From Antechinus flavipes (lineage: Eukaryota), in NCBI RefSeq assembly GCF_016432865.1, contig NC_067400.1:610266001-610330000 (forward strand): DNA of 64,000 nucleotides, written 5' to 3'. Shown piece after piece: positions 26,545-38,279 of the stretch; positions within the stretch are counted from its first letter, which is position 1; every line of letters begins with the position of its first letter. Both the position numbers and the translations under genes were made by a program. The notes under the pieces are model-generated. The model searched no databases and had not been told where the DNA came from. It was given only the letters and a program-made list of their open reading frames with translations.

Positions 26545-27883
26545 TCTCCTCTGTCAGTCACTGCTGTTAAAGGGCTTTTGGCAGCCTAGAGGTACAAAGC
26601 TTTCCACTCACTGCCCTTTGGGCAGCTTGTGACCGATCCTCCCAGTGGCTTTGGCAGTGACAAGGGACACTTCACTTTCTGAGATGGAGCAAAGGAAGAG
26701 ACCGTGTGGCACCGGAGGTGGATTAACTTGGGAAGGAACAGACTTGGGACAGCTGGACTCAGACCTCTGCCGAGGGAGAGGGAGGAGGTAGGAGTAGCTC
26801 GAGAAGAAGATTGGGAACAGAGAGAATAGGTTTGGGAAAAGTGAAAGGAAATTTGTGATCAGGAGGGGAGGAGGGCTCTGGAAGAGGATATCTGGTGATG
26901 GGGTGGTAGGACCCAGTATCTAAAGGGAGGAGAAGCAGAGCCCGAATGGGCCGTGAGCCTGAGCGGGGCCATGACAGTGACAGCCTGGGAAAGCGGGGAG
27001 GAGGGGAGGAGTTTGTGGTCAGAAACGGGGTCAGTTTGTAGATTGTGCAGGTAGGAAGCTTGTGGGTGTTGAAGGGGATCCGGTCTGCGGCCATCCTGGG
27101 TGGGCTGAGGTAGAGTGAAGGTAGGAGTCCTAGCAGAGAGCAGATGCTGCCCGGCCACAGGGCTTGCTATGAAAGAATGGAAGGGGTGGGCGCCCCAACG
27201 CTGGGCGTGAGTGTAGCGCATGACTAGGAGAGCTGGCAGGCCAGCGGGGAGAGAGGGAGCAAGGGGATGCCAGCTTATAACCCACACGATCCACGAGCAC
27301 CCACTTGCCAGGAGGCCTGGCAGAAAACTCGTTGGGGAGGATTTGCGGGAGGACCGGGACAGATGAGTCCCATGGCAGGGGACACGTGGATGGGCTCTCA
27401 GAGCCGGACATGTTTGAATTCTGGCACGTCTCAGTTAGGGGCCCTTAGTGACCAGTGCCCGGCTTCCCCACAACCTGAGGAGACCACCCCACTCCCTACG
27501 GGGATGCTGGGGGGACCCAGTGAAGCAAAGTCTGGCCTGATGTAATGTGGGGTGGGCAGGCTTCCCCTCGGGGTCCTAGGCTCCGGGCTTGAGTTCTTCT
27601 GTGGCTTTGGGAAGTGTTATTCTGGGGTGCCCAGCAAACGCAGCTTTTACCTTTGGAAGCCCTGAGAAGCATTGGGCTGCTTTTTGGATGGAGCAGTAAC
27701 CTGTTGGGCACAAGCCTTCTCTCCACCAAATCAGGGCCCCTCTGTGCTCGGGCAGAACCGAGGAGAGCTTTGATGAGCTTTCTCCTCTGCCAGTCACTGC
27801 TGTTAAAGGGCTTTTGGCAGCCTAGAGGTACAAAGCTTTCCACTCACTGCCCTTTGGGCAGCTTGTGACCGATCCTCCCAGTG
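26545..27883. repeat. 103 bp direct repeat pair (26545-26647, 27781-27883) around about 1.1 kb of possibly ERV-derived sequence
   Basis: Copies match at 102/103 nt by eye. Confidence 0.85.
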
Positions 27884-27899
27884 TGCTCGTGAATGTGCA

Positions 27900-27900
<1 letters not shown>

Positions 27901-27936
<36 letters not shown>

Positions 27937-28049
27937 GCACGCACAGCTAGAATCTTTGGGGAAAAAAAGGGCAATTGAATTAAAAAAAATTAATATTTTT
28001 ATACATTTTCTTTCCCCTCAGACTTACCTAGGGAGCCCTCTTTAAGCAA

Positions 28050-28107
<58 letters not shown>

Positions 28108-28116
28108 ACACACACA
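27901..28116. repeat. (AC)n and (TG)n microsatellites upstream of INTS11 exon 2
   Basis: (AC) at 27901-27931, (TG) at 28054-28106, then (CA)5. Confidence 0.95.
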
Positions 28117-28401
28117 TAGAGAAACTAGTTCAGCAAAACTGTAAAGCCATTGCATTTTAAAAGTGAGCAAGTGCTCTGTACTCGGAGAAACCGGAGCAAA
28201 GGCTGATTTGGGAGGGTAGAATGAGCATCTCTTCCCAGAAGAGGTGAATTTTGTAAGCGTAGAGAGACCTGGAATGGGACACACCGAGCGGGAGGAGAGA
28301 GGGGGAGGGAGGCTGAGGAAGGGGGCATTCATGGATGGTTTGGGGGAAGACAGTGCTTAGCAACCACATAGATTTGGATCGTGGCTTTTCTTTGGTTGCA
28401 G

Positions 28402-28499
28402 GGGCTGGTCAGGACGTGGGCCGCAGCTGCATCCTTGTCTCCATCGCAGGCAAGAACGTCATGTTGGACTGTGGGATGCACATGGGCTACAATGATGAT
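28402..28499 (+). CDS. INTS11: INTS11 coding exon 2
   Basis: (G)[32 protein letters not shown]; 98 nt, AG/GT. Confidence 0.97.
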
Positions 28500-29405
28500 G
28501 TAAGTTCCCCAGAAGCCCTGGAGCATGGGCCTCGGCACGGGGACCGGGGGTTATTGGGAAGGGGGGATGCTTGAAACGGGTGCAGAGAAATCCCCAAATC
28601 TGAGGAGTAAGTAAAGCTGCCTCCCCCATCCTCTTCTTTTGTGTGAGCCGTCTCTGTGGCCTTGGGTAACCAGAGTGAACCTTGCTCTGCCTTTTAATAG
28701 CTGTTAGGACCGAGGCCCCTGGCCTCAGAGCCACCCGGCTTCCCCGTCCAAGTCAGGCCCCGGGGCTGTGTGGGGAGCTTCCTTGCAGTCCCACCATTGT
28801 TTTTCCTCCCAGGAAGCCTGGCCTGGCACAGGGGAAGGCTGGGCTCTCGTGGCAGGCCAGGCCAGGCCAGGCCAGGCAGCTGGATGGGAGGCACTCTGAG
28901 CACATTTGCTTGGGAGCTGCTTAGAAGGTCTAAATACTAGAGAGTGGACCCTTGGTCAGGGAATTTGGGGTCTGGCTCTGCATGGGCTCCCAACATGGGC
29001 TCCTTCCTAGCCATGGGCTTAATGCCCTCACCAATTTTAGTTGGGATGGGGCTCTTCCTGCCCAGCGCCCTGCACTTGGAACTTTTCCCATCAGTAGAAG
29101 CCGCCCCTCTGCATTAAACAAGGAATGTTCTGGGGGTTTGAACCTGGCTTTTTTTTTTAAATAACCGCAAACCTTCAGGCATAATGACTGGTTTGCAAGG
29201 TCAGCCCAGAGCCCAAAGTTGGCAGCATTTCCACCCTTCACTTCTGAGCACTTCACGGCTTTGAAAAATAAATGAGGCAAACTTAAGAGCGCTCCGTGGG
29301 CCGGCTCCGCTGTCTGACGCCGCGGCTCGAGCCTGGTCTGGCTCTCCCTCCTGGGCACTGTGGCCCTCCTGAATAACGGCCTCTCTTGGTCTCGCTTTTC
29401 CTTAG

Positions 29406-29479
29406 AGACGCTTTCCAGACTTTTCTTACATTACCCAGAATGGAAGGTTGACTGACTTCCTGGACTGCGTCATTATCAG
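29406..29479 (+). CDS. INTS11: INTS11 coding exon 3
   Basis: RRFPDFSYITQNGRLTDFLDCVII(S); 74 nt. Confidence 0.97.
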
Positions 29480-30483
29480 GTAGGAGCCTCAGTGGATCTT
29501 GCGAAGGGAGAGAATATACTGGGGTGGGAGAACCAGGCCCTGGGGGGCTCGTCCTGTCTGGGCTCTGACCATGCGCACTGGACAGTTGGGCCCTGCTCCC
29601 TGTCACCTGGGCTAGGTGGCTAACGTGGGCACGCCGACCTGGGGGGCGAGCACACGTCTGCTTTATAGCTGGGGAAAGGGGTCTGGGGCTCCGGCCGTAG
29701 TTTTGGGCCCGTGTCTCACACTGGTCTATGTCAGAGGTCGGGCTTCCCTCATCCTGAGACTCTTTCTGCCTCTACTGTGTAAATCTTCAAGGCAGTGGGG
29801 TGGATTCCAGATCTGTGCTCCCGGGCAAGGCAGGTGACTTGTCCCTGCCTCAGTTTCCTCCTCTGTAAAAGAAGAGGTCAGGGGAGTGGCTCCGAGGTCC
29901 CTTCCTTCTCCAGATTGGAGTCTTCACTTGACACAAAAATGTGAGTTGTCATTAGCCAGGAGAGGAACCACTTGATGGCCAGACCACTCCTCAAACTCCT
30001 CCCACAGCGCTGTTGTCTGTGAGGGGCCGTTCTCACGGTCGCGGGGTGTCGTGCTCTTGGGGTGATGGAAGGTGCCTGGCCGCTGGGCCCCCCAGCCGGC
30101 ACCTAGGCACCCCCACTCCGGCCATCATCCTCTCTTTTAGAGTTCTTTCTTGATAAATCATGTTCTAACGCAGCAGATAAACAAGTCCTCAAACCACCCG
30201 CAGTGTGTACTTCCCAAAGACTTAAACCAAACAGCACGAGAGCGTTTACAGGCCACGCAGTGAATGCCCCTTGTGCTTTACCGCTTGTCAGGGGCAGAGT
30301 TCCAGACATTTTAAGGAGGTAGTCCCGGGTCATCCCTTGTCTCCAGCCCAGGGTGACCCCGGGCTCTGGTGTTCATTTGCATAATTAGAGTAGGTGGGTT
30401 TCTGACCTCCTCTCGGCAGCTCTTTGTACAGATCCCACTCTCCTGGGTTCTCACTCTCTGTGCTCTTCATTCTTGACCCCCAG

Positions 30484-30712
30484 CCACTTCCACTTGGATC
30501 ACTGCGGGGCCTTGCCGTACTTCAGTGAGATGGTGGGCTATGACGGCCCCATCTACATGACCCACCCCACCAAGGCCATCTGCCCCATTCTGCTGGAGGA
30601 CTACCGGAAGATCACCGTGGACAAGAAGGGGGAGACCAACTTCTTCACTTCCCAGATGATCAAGGACTGCATGAAGAAAGTTGTGGCTGTCCACCTGCAC
30701 CAGACTGTGCAG
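30484..30712 (+). CDS. INTS11: INTS11 coding exon 4 (metallo-beta-lactamase HxHxDH motif)
   Basis: [29 protein letters not shown]...VHLHQTVQ; 229 nt. Confidence 0.98.
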
Positions 30713-32019
30713 GTCAGGGGGAAGGCCGGGAAGAGCAGGGGCCGGGCTGGCTGGGCCGGGCTGACTGGGACGGGCTCCAGAACGCAGGCCACTGCAGCTG
30801 CCTTGGCTTAGGTACTCCAGAGCTAGAATAATGAGCAGCTCTCTGAGAGCAGCTGAGGGAGAGCCGGCTGCAGCCATGAGCTACAAGAGCACCCGCAAAA
30901 GCCAGCCCTTACTGCCCCGTCTTGCCTCAGGTCACAGAATGAGGCTTCTGTGCTTCTGTGGCAGCTGAATCATGTTTTAATGTTCTTTGAGGTCTTAGTT
31001 CCCCAGAATGGAGGTAGCATAGGAGGACTGACCTCAGTGGTCAAGTGTCCACCCCACCCTTCCTCCTCTCAGACCAAACCAAATGTGACCCCGCTGCCAA
31101 GGGCCGTGCACTTTAGAGTGTCCCACTCAGGGCAGCCCTTTGCTTTTCATTGGCAGGAGGCTAACATCTCCCATTGCTAGGAAGTTTTTACCATTTCAAT
31201 CCTCAATCTGATCTTACCATCTACTGCCAGTTGTTTTTGGTTCTGGCCCCTAGGGCATAGTGCTCCAAGGCAGCCCCCATAGCCTCCAGAGGCTTTTTTC
31301 CTGTTGTAAAATGTGTCTTTGGGCTTCACAAATAACTCCCTTTAATTTTTCTCTTTTTCCTCTTTTTAAATTGCTTTTTTTTCTGATTATACACGTGCCA
31401 AATTCTTATTTTTTTAAAATACACATTTCTTTATGAATCATGCTGAGAACTTTTCTCTTGTAAACGATGTCCGTACCAGCGTTAAAGAGCCTTTTCCTGC
31501 CAAATGCTGTACAAAGCAACCATCCTTATTCCCGAAGAGCTTTGAGATAATATTGCACACGGAGGACATAGCATTATGGAACCTCAAACCTTGGGCACAG
31601 ATGCCCAGGAGGAGGAGGGGACTGCACCACCAGGACTAGGGAAGGAATGGGGAGAAGGTTGAGGGAAATATCCTGGCAACACCTGTGGGTGCTGGAGATT
31701 GGCTCAGGGGCTCAGTGGTCTTGGTTCGAGGGTGTCGAGGTTACCATGAGTCATGGGGGTGGAGGCGGGGAATAGAGCAGGAACCATTTTTCCTTTTCCC
31801 TTTAAAACCTTGGCTGCAGTTCTGAGGAGAGTGCTGGCTAGAGGATGGAGGCATTTCTGTGGCAGGTTGCTTTCTGGCAGGCCCGAATCGCCAGCTGTGG
31901 CAGGGAGCAGAGCTTGGGTTTGGGCCCGCCTGGCGTCTCTGCCAGCTACCTGTGCTGCCCGCCCCTGCCTCCCTTCTGTCACAGCCCACAGGATGAAAGC
32001 CGGCCTCTTCCCTCCGTAG

Positions 32020-32118
32020 GTGGACGACGAGTTGGAAATCAAGGCCTACTATGCGGGGCACGTGCTGGGTGCTGCCATGTTCCAGATCAAAGTTGGCTCT
32101 GAATCTGCCGTTTACACA
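32020..32118 (+). CDS. INTS11: INTS11 coding exon 5
   Basis: [33 protein letters not shown]; 99 nt. Confidence 0.97.
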
Positions 32119-32239
32119 GTAAGGCGCCCGGCCTCCCGGGGCACGGGGGAGGCGCTTTGGGGAAGTGGGAAGAGGGTGGGCAGAGATGCTCTTTAAATGC
32201 AAGGCTGATGGCTGCTTTCCTCTGGCTCTCTTTGACTAG

Positions 32240-32274
32240 GGCGATTACAACATGACTCCGGACCGGCACTTGGG
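32240..32274 (+). CDS. INTS11: INTS11 coding exon 6
   Basis: GDYNMTPDRHL(G); 35 nt, TAG/GTGAGT. Confidence 0.96.
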
Positions 32275-33114
32275 GTGAGTGGGACGGTGAGCTTCTGCTC
32301 GAGTGGGGGTTTGTCTTTGTGCTTTTCCCACGGGGGATTCACAGCCAGGATGCCAATTAACCTGCGAGGGCGTGGGTGGCTGCTTGACGTTCCTTCATCC
32401 ACGTCTGCTTAGAACAGCCTGTATCGGGGGCGCATCTGAGAGCTTCTCTTACTTGGAAGTCTGTGCCAGTCTGATCAATACCTCCCTTCCCCCCATGCCC
32501 GTGGCCACTGAGTGAGAGTGGCCGCCCTCAGCTGCCTCAGGAGTGCCGGGCGAACTTTGCTGTGGAGATGAGCAGACGGGATGGGGGCGCATCCCCTCTA
32601 CCCTCCCTCTGTCTTTGGGGCCATTTAATTTTGACTTCTCCCAGGAGGCTTCATTTGCTTAGCCTGTCTCCTTGGAGAACAAATGGGTTAAAAGGTTGAG
32701 AGGGACTTGGAGGGTCTTAAAAGCTCCAGGGACCTTCATGGCCATCGAATCCCACCTCATTCTTTGGAGGAGGAAGCTGAGGGGGATAGTGAAGTCCGGG
32801 CTACAAACAGGAAGTTCTGAAGTGGGATTTGACCCCCCAAGTCTTCCTGACTCTAGGTCCAGGGCTCTCTCACTATATCTCATAAGGTGTTCAGGAAGGC
32901 CAGAAATGTGACTTTGTGGCATCACCGCCCTTGTTGAAAGGGGATCAGCGTTGCCCAGAGAGTCCGGCAGATGGGCCTTCCTTGCCCGGGAGCTTGGGAG
33001 GGAGGCCAGAGCCTGCTGGTGACTGCTGAGAAGGGCCGGGGCAGACCTCGGGGCAGACCAGGGCAGCTGACCCCGGCACTGAGCTTCATGGCGGGTGTCC
33101 TGCTTGCCTCGCAG

Positions 33115-33253
33115 GGCTGCCTGGATCGATAAGTGCCGGCCTAACCTGCTCATCACCGAGTCCACTTACGCCACAACCATCCGAGACTCCAAGCGCTGCC
33201 GGGAGAGGGACTTCCTGAAGAAAGTCCACGAGACGGTGGAGAGGGGAGGAAAG
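33115..33253 (+). CDS. INTS11: INTS11 coding exon 7
   Basis: [46 protein letters not shown]; 139 nt. Confidence 0.97.
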
Positions 33254-34156
33254 GTGAGCAAGCAGGACGAGGACCGGAGCCCTGGGAGGCTGGCAGCGTG
33301 AGCATTTATTAAGTGCTTGCTGCGTACAGGTGCTTTGCACTTGGTGCACACCTGGCACATGAGGAAGACTCCCTGCCCTCAGGGACCTTCTGTCTTAATT
33401 GGGACAAGAGAGCACAAGAAAGGGAGCGGAGGGCAGAAAGAGTGCACAGACTTGTGGGGAGGATCTTGTGGATCGTGTGGGAAAGATCTTCTGGATTATG
33501 TGGGGAGGATCTTCTGGATTGCCTGGTGAGGATTGAGAACTGTGGGTTCTCTGGTTCACTGAAGCATGTGGAGCAGCGTGTGGATGGGGCTTGGAGGCTC
33601 CTTGGGTATCCAGCCCGAGATGGGGGTTCCCGGTACAGCTCAGGCTCCGTTCTTGTTGATCCGTGCACGGATGGTGTCAGAGGCCAGGGCAGCGAGCCAG
33701 GGCCCCTAGGGCCAAGCTCTGGCTGATGCTCCTGTCGGCAGCAGCCGAGGATTGGAGCTGGAGGGCCCCTGTAGGTCCAGGGCAGTCCCCGCAGTGTAGA
33801 GAGAGGGAAACTGAGGCCCGGACTGCAGCCGAGCCTGCGTTCCCCTGCCGCACACTCTTCAGCTGTGGCTGAGTTAGGAAAGACAGCGGGGAGGAGCTCA
33901 GAGGGGTCTCAGCATTCTGGGGAAAAGTTATGGCTCCTTAGCACTGGGCACAGGTGAGACCGGGTCCAGGATGCGGCAGCCCCAGAGCCTGGGGCTCCCA
34001 ACGCCGGGGAGGGTGGCCCCAGCTGCTGTTTCTCTGCTTCCTGAGGCACTCTGAGCAGGAGAGGGGTGGGGAGGAGAGGAGGGACCCCCAGGGCCTGGGA
34101 AAGGCAAGGGCTGAGGCTCCTCCGCTAATGCTTCTGGGCCCTGGCTTTTGCTGCAG

Positions 34157-34221
34157 GTTCTCATCCCAGTGTTCGCCCTGGGCCGGGCTCAAGAGCTCTG
34201 CATCCTGCTGGAGACGTTCTG
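34157..34221 (+). CDS. INTS11: INTS11 coding exon 8
   Basis: [21 protein letters not shown](W); 65 nt. Confidence 0.97.
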
Positions 34222-34558
34222 GTGAGTCTGGGGGCTCCTGTCCTTGGGCGTGGGGAAGAGAGATCCCGGAGGGCGGGTGCCCTGGCAGGGACCTTGGGGC
34301 GGGCCCAGGAAAGTGCCCAAGGACCAGCCCGTGGGCATAGGAGCATCTGCCTCTGGTTCCCTTGGCTGCTGCTGAGCGTGGATGGGACAGTGGGGAGCAG
34401 AAGAGCCCCCTTCTGAGCCTGCTGGTTGGGGCGGAGTTAGGGTTCCCCCCTTGTTGTTGGTCCCTCCCCCGCACACATGATCCCCAGGGCCTGCAGGAGG
34501 CTGATGGAGAGGGAGAGTGGGGGGCAGGCCCTGACCGCTTCCCCGTCCCCTCCCAAAG

Positions 34559-34748
34559 GGAAAGAATGAACCTGAAGGCCCCGATCTACTTCTCCACGGG
34601 CTTGACGGAGAAGGCCAATCACTACTACAAGCTCTTCATCACCTGGACCAATCAGAAGATCCGGAAGACGTTTGTGCAGAGAAACATGTTTGAGTTCAAG
34701 CACATCAAGGCTTTCGACCGAGCTTTTGCCGACAACCCCGGGCCGATG
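34559..34748 (+). CDS. INTS11: INTS11 coding exon 9
   Basis: [26 protein letters not shown]...DNPGPM; 190 nt, AAG acceptor. Confidence 0.97.
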
Positions 34749-35039
34749 GTAGGGGAGGGCGGGCCTTGGCTGGACCTTGTCTGGGCGGGGGCAGGGGAGG
34801 GGGGTGGTAGAGCCTGGACCTCCAGTGCTCCCCGAGGAGGGGCCGGCCAGAAGGAAGATGGGAATATCCGGGCCTGCGCCCCTTTCTGGACGTTGGGGTT
34901 TGGGGCCTTGTCCGGCAGGGGGCCTTTGGGATGATGAGGGCACCGGGTCCTGGTCCGCCTTCTGTGCCCGCTCCACAGCAGCGGCTAATGGCGGGTCCTT
35001 GGCATTGCCACCACCGCCTCCTCTCCTTCCTCCACTCAG

Positions 35040-35123
35040 GTTGTCTTTGCCACCCCGGGCATGCTGCATGCTGGGCAGTCCCTGCAGATCTTCAGGAAAT
35101 GGGCCGGGAACGAGAAGAACATG
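35040..35123 (+). CDS. INTS11: INTS11 coding exon 10
   Basis: [28 protein letters not shown]; 84 nt. Confidence 0.97.
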
Positions 35124-35489
35124 GTAGGGGGGTGGCCCTGGCCAGGAGCCCCAAGCGGGAACCATCTTCCCTTGCTGGCCCCTGTTATTTTAGGAGCATG
35201 AAAGGGTGGGGCAGGGACAGCTGTCTGCCCCCAGTGGGGAGGAGGAGGAGCCTTTAGTGTGGGGTGGGGGCTGAAGATGGCACCTTCCTCCTCGGGGGAT
35301 CAGGCCTTAGTGCCCCGTCCTGGCGCCGCCTGGTTTACTGCCCCCCAGTCAGCTTTCTTCCAGGGAGGAGGGGGAGGGGACCATCCCCAGCCACTTCCCA
35401 TGGGGTCTCCCTGGCTCCTTGCATGGGGGGGGGTGCCCTGCACCTGCCCTTCGTGGGGCTGTGGGCCCACATCCTCTTTCTGCTTGCAG

Positions 35490-35579
35490 GTCATCATGCC
35501 GGGCTACTGTGTGCAGGGGACTGTGGGCCACAAGATCCTGAGCGGGCAGCGGAAGCTGGAGATGGAGGGGAGGCAGATC
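35490..35579 (+). CDS. INTS11: INTS11 coding exon 11
   Basis: [30 protein letters not shown]; 90 nt. Confidence 0.97.
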
Positions 35580-36551
35580 GTAAGTCCCCGGCATGGGGGG
35601 CGTGGGGAGGGGGCTCTCCCACAGGTCATCCTTGGCTCCCAGCCCCCACACTGGTCAGGTGCCCTCAGCAGACAAGGTGTTCCTCCCCCCCCCCCCCCCC
35701 CCCGGGCCCCTCCTCCCCAATCCCAGGCCTGAAATCCTCCCACTGGGTGGGAAGTGACTTGACCTTGGTTAACTTGTGTCATTCACTTGTCAAAAGAAGG
35801 GGCAGGGTCTAGACTCCTGAGCCCGGCCCATCCCCATCTTGCAGAAGGAATGGAAGTTCAGAGTCAGATTATCTGTCCAGGGTCTCCCAGGAAGGGGCAG
35901 GTCTGAGCCCAAGTCTTTGGTCTGTGCTGGTGAAAAGCCGGCCTTCCTACAAGGTCAGAGGCCGAGAGCCCGAGGGCCTGGCAGGATGGCTGGGGGGCAG
36001 CAGTTGCCTGCAGACCCCCCCACAGGGCCCGGGGCCGCCTTCTCCCCAGGGGGGACCCGTGGAACTCTCCTGGAAGCAGGAGCAGGGCTGGATCCCACCC
36101 CACGGCCCTGCCCGTCCCTCGCCGGCCCTCTGTGCAAAGGGACAACCCCATTTCCAGAGGGCTCCCCTCAGCGCCCCACGGAAGGTGCCGGTGCCCTGGG
36201 CCCGTGGCCCCAGCAGCCTGGGTCCCTTCTGGAGCCCGAGCAGCCGTGGGGTTGGGCAGGGAGGCTGGGGCAGCCTCACAGACAGCCTGGTTTGGCCCTC
36301 AGCGCTTCTGTGGTGGCTGCTTGTGTTCCCCATTTCACAGATGAGGAAACTGAGGCAAAGGGGAGGGACTTGTCACATAACTGCTACCAGAGGCAGGATC
36401 TGAACCCAGCCAGGTCCTGCCGACATCCCCAGTGCTCTTACACTGCGCTGCTTCCCGGGGGGGGAGGGGGGAGGGGGGGCGGGAGTGGCAGCCGGGACTG
36501 GCGGTGACTAATGTCTCTGCCCTCGCCGTGTGCCCCCCCCACCCCCCCCAG

Positions 36552-36714
36552 CTCGAGGTGAAGATGCAGGTGGAGTACATGTCCTTCAGCGCCCACGCCG
36601 ACGCCAAGGGCATCATGCAGCTGGTGCGCCAGGCGGAGCCGGACAACGTGCTGCTGGTCCACGGGGAGGCCAAGAAGATGGAGTTCCTGAAGCAGAAGAT
36701 CGAGCAGGAATTCC
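36552..36714 (+). CDS. INTS11: INTS11 coding exon 12
   Basis: [54 protein letters not shown]; 163 nt, weak donor C|GTGTGT. Confidence 0.96.
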
Positions 36715-36990
36715 GTGTGTGGGCCAGGCCGGGGCGGGGGGGGGGGGGGGGATGGGGGAGCCCCTGCCAGGGGGGATGGGGGGGAGCACTCAGCCCTGGG
36801 GCAGACTCGGGGCTGCAGGGTCTCTGCGCAGTTTGGTTATTGACGGTTGGGTTTGAGGGGAGCGTCGGCCCCGGGGCCCGAGAGCGGGCAGAGCTCTGAG
36901 TGCGTGAGCCGGGGGAGGCCGGGGAGTCTGGGCCCCCTGCGGGGGAACCACCCCGGCCCAGGCTTAACGGTCACGTGGTGCCTTTGTCAG

Positions 36991-37098
36991 ATGTGAACTG
37001 CTACATGCCGGCCAACGGAGAGACGGTCACCCTGCTCACCCACCCCAACATCCCCGTGGGCATCTCGCTGGGCCTGCTGAAGCGGGAGATGGCGCTGG
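36991..37098 (+). CDS. INTS11: INTS11 coding exon 13
   Basis: (H)[35 protein letters not shown]; 108 nt. Confidence 0.96.
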
Positions 37099-37201
37099 GT
37101 ACTGTCCCGGGAGGGGCCGGGGGGCAGGAGCCGGGCTGCTGGAGGGGGGGAGGGGAAGCGAGGTTCTGGTGGGTGAGGGTCTCCTTCTCCTCCCCCCACA
37201 G

Positions 37202-37263
37202 GCCTCCTCCCCGACGCCAAGAGGCCCAAGCTGATGCACGGCACGCTGATCATGAAGGACAAT
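37202..37263 (+). CDS. INTS11: INTS11 coding exon 14
   Basis: (G)[20 protein letters not shown]; 62 nt. Confidence 0.96.
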
Positions 37264-37405
37264 GTGAGCGGCCTCTCTGAGCCGGCCAGCGGGGACTCGG
37301 GGAGCTTCCGGGGCGGGGGCCTACTGGTCACCTGGGGAGGGGCTGGGCAGGGCCCTGGGAGGCCCCCCCACCCCGAGATCCTAACACTCTGTCCCCTCCC
37401 CCCAG

Positions 37406-37548
37406 AATTTCCGGCTGGTGTCCTCGGAGCAGGCCCTTAAGGAGCTGGGCCTGGCGGAGCACCAGCTGCGCTTCACCTGCCGCGTGCACATCCACGACAC
37501 GCGCAAGGAGCAGGAGACGGTTCTGCGCGTGTACAGCCACCTGAAGAA
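37406..37548 (+). CDS. INTS11: INTS11 coding exon 15
   Basis: [47 protein letters not shown]; 143 nt. Confidence 0.96.
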
Positions 37549-37655
37549 GTAAGGGGGGCCCCCACTCCTCCCGGGGGGCCTGGGCCGTCCCTCCCTCCCC
37601 CCCCGGGGCCCAGTATCTGTGGCCCCACAGCCGGCCCCTCTCCTCTCCCCCTCAG

Positions 37656-37785
37656 CGTTCTGAAGACGCACTCGGTCCAGCACCTGCCCGACGGCTCGGT
37701 CATGGTGGAGTCCATCCTCATCCAGGCCACGGCCCACTCGGAGGACCCGGGCACCAAAGTCCTGCTGGTCTCCTGGACCTACCAG
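37656..37785 (+). CDS. INTS11: INTS11 coding exon 16
   Basis: (N)[43 protein letters not shown]; 130 nt. Confidence 0.96.
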
Positions 37786-37874
37786 GTGAGAGCCCGTTGG
37801 GCAGCCGGGGCCTGGGGATAGGGGGGGCGGCCCCAGGGAAAGCCCTGACCCTCCTCCTCCATCTTGGCCCGCAG

Positions 37875-37940
37875 GATGAAGAACTGGGCAGCTACCTCAC
37901 GTCGCTGCTGAAGAAGGGGCTCCCGCAGGCCCCCAGCTGA
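37875..37940 (+). CDS. INTS11: INTS11 coding exon 17 (stop)
   Basis: DEELGSYLTSLLKKGLPQAPS*; 66 nt. The 17 exons sum to 1803 nt = 600 aa. Confidence 0.97.
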   Translation, partial: DEELGSYLTSLLKKGLPQAPS

Positions 37941-38169
37941 GGCCCTCCCTCCTGCACGGGGGTCTTGGTCTGGCTGCCCCAGGGAGGGTCCCGCGCCTGC
38001 CGCAGTCCCCGGGCCTCTGCCTGGAGCAGGGGATGAGGCTCCGGCCCACGGCCTTCTGGGCGGGGCAGGCTCTGGGGGGGCGCAGACTGTTTTGTAGCCC
38101 GGGGCCAGCTCCCCTCCCTCCCAAGTGCCTGGAACGGGGCTGGGCCGCCGCCCGCCTCCAAGGACAAGA

Positions 38170-38175
38170 ATTAAA
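38170..38175 (+). terminator. Candidate INTS11 poly(A) signal ATTAAA
   Basis: First canonical hexamer after the INTS11 stop, about 230 nt downstream. Confidence 0.65.
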
Positions 38176-38204
38176 CAAAAAGTCTCCCAAGAGCTTCCTT
38201 GCCT

Positions 38205-38210
38205 TTTATT
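38205..38210 (-). terminator. Candidate minus-strand poly(A) signal AATAAA (PUSL1 / GPCR-remnant transcript)
   Basis: Only canonical hexamer I saw on the minus strand between the PUSL1 stop (39264) and the INTS11 3' end. Confidence 0.65.
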
Positions 38211-38279
38211 CACCTGGAGCAGCAGCCCCCTTGGCACAGGCCTCGGGCCCTGGCACATGGAGGGGTGGATGGGCAGGGC

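Noticed and set aside
28021-28033. Perfect minus-strand donor AG|GTAAGT (similar isolated sites at about 1415-1440 and 52855)
   Set aside because: Isolated splice motifs with no matching acceptor or ORF; expected by chance.
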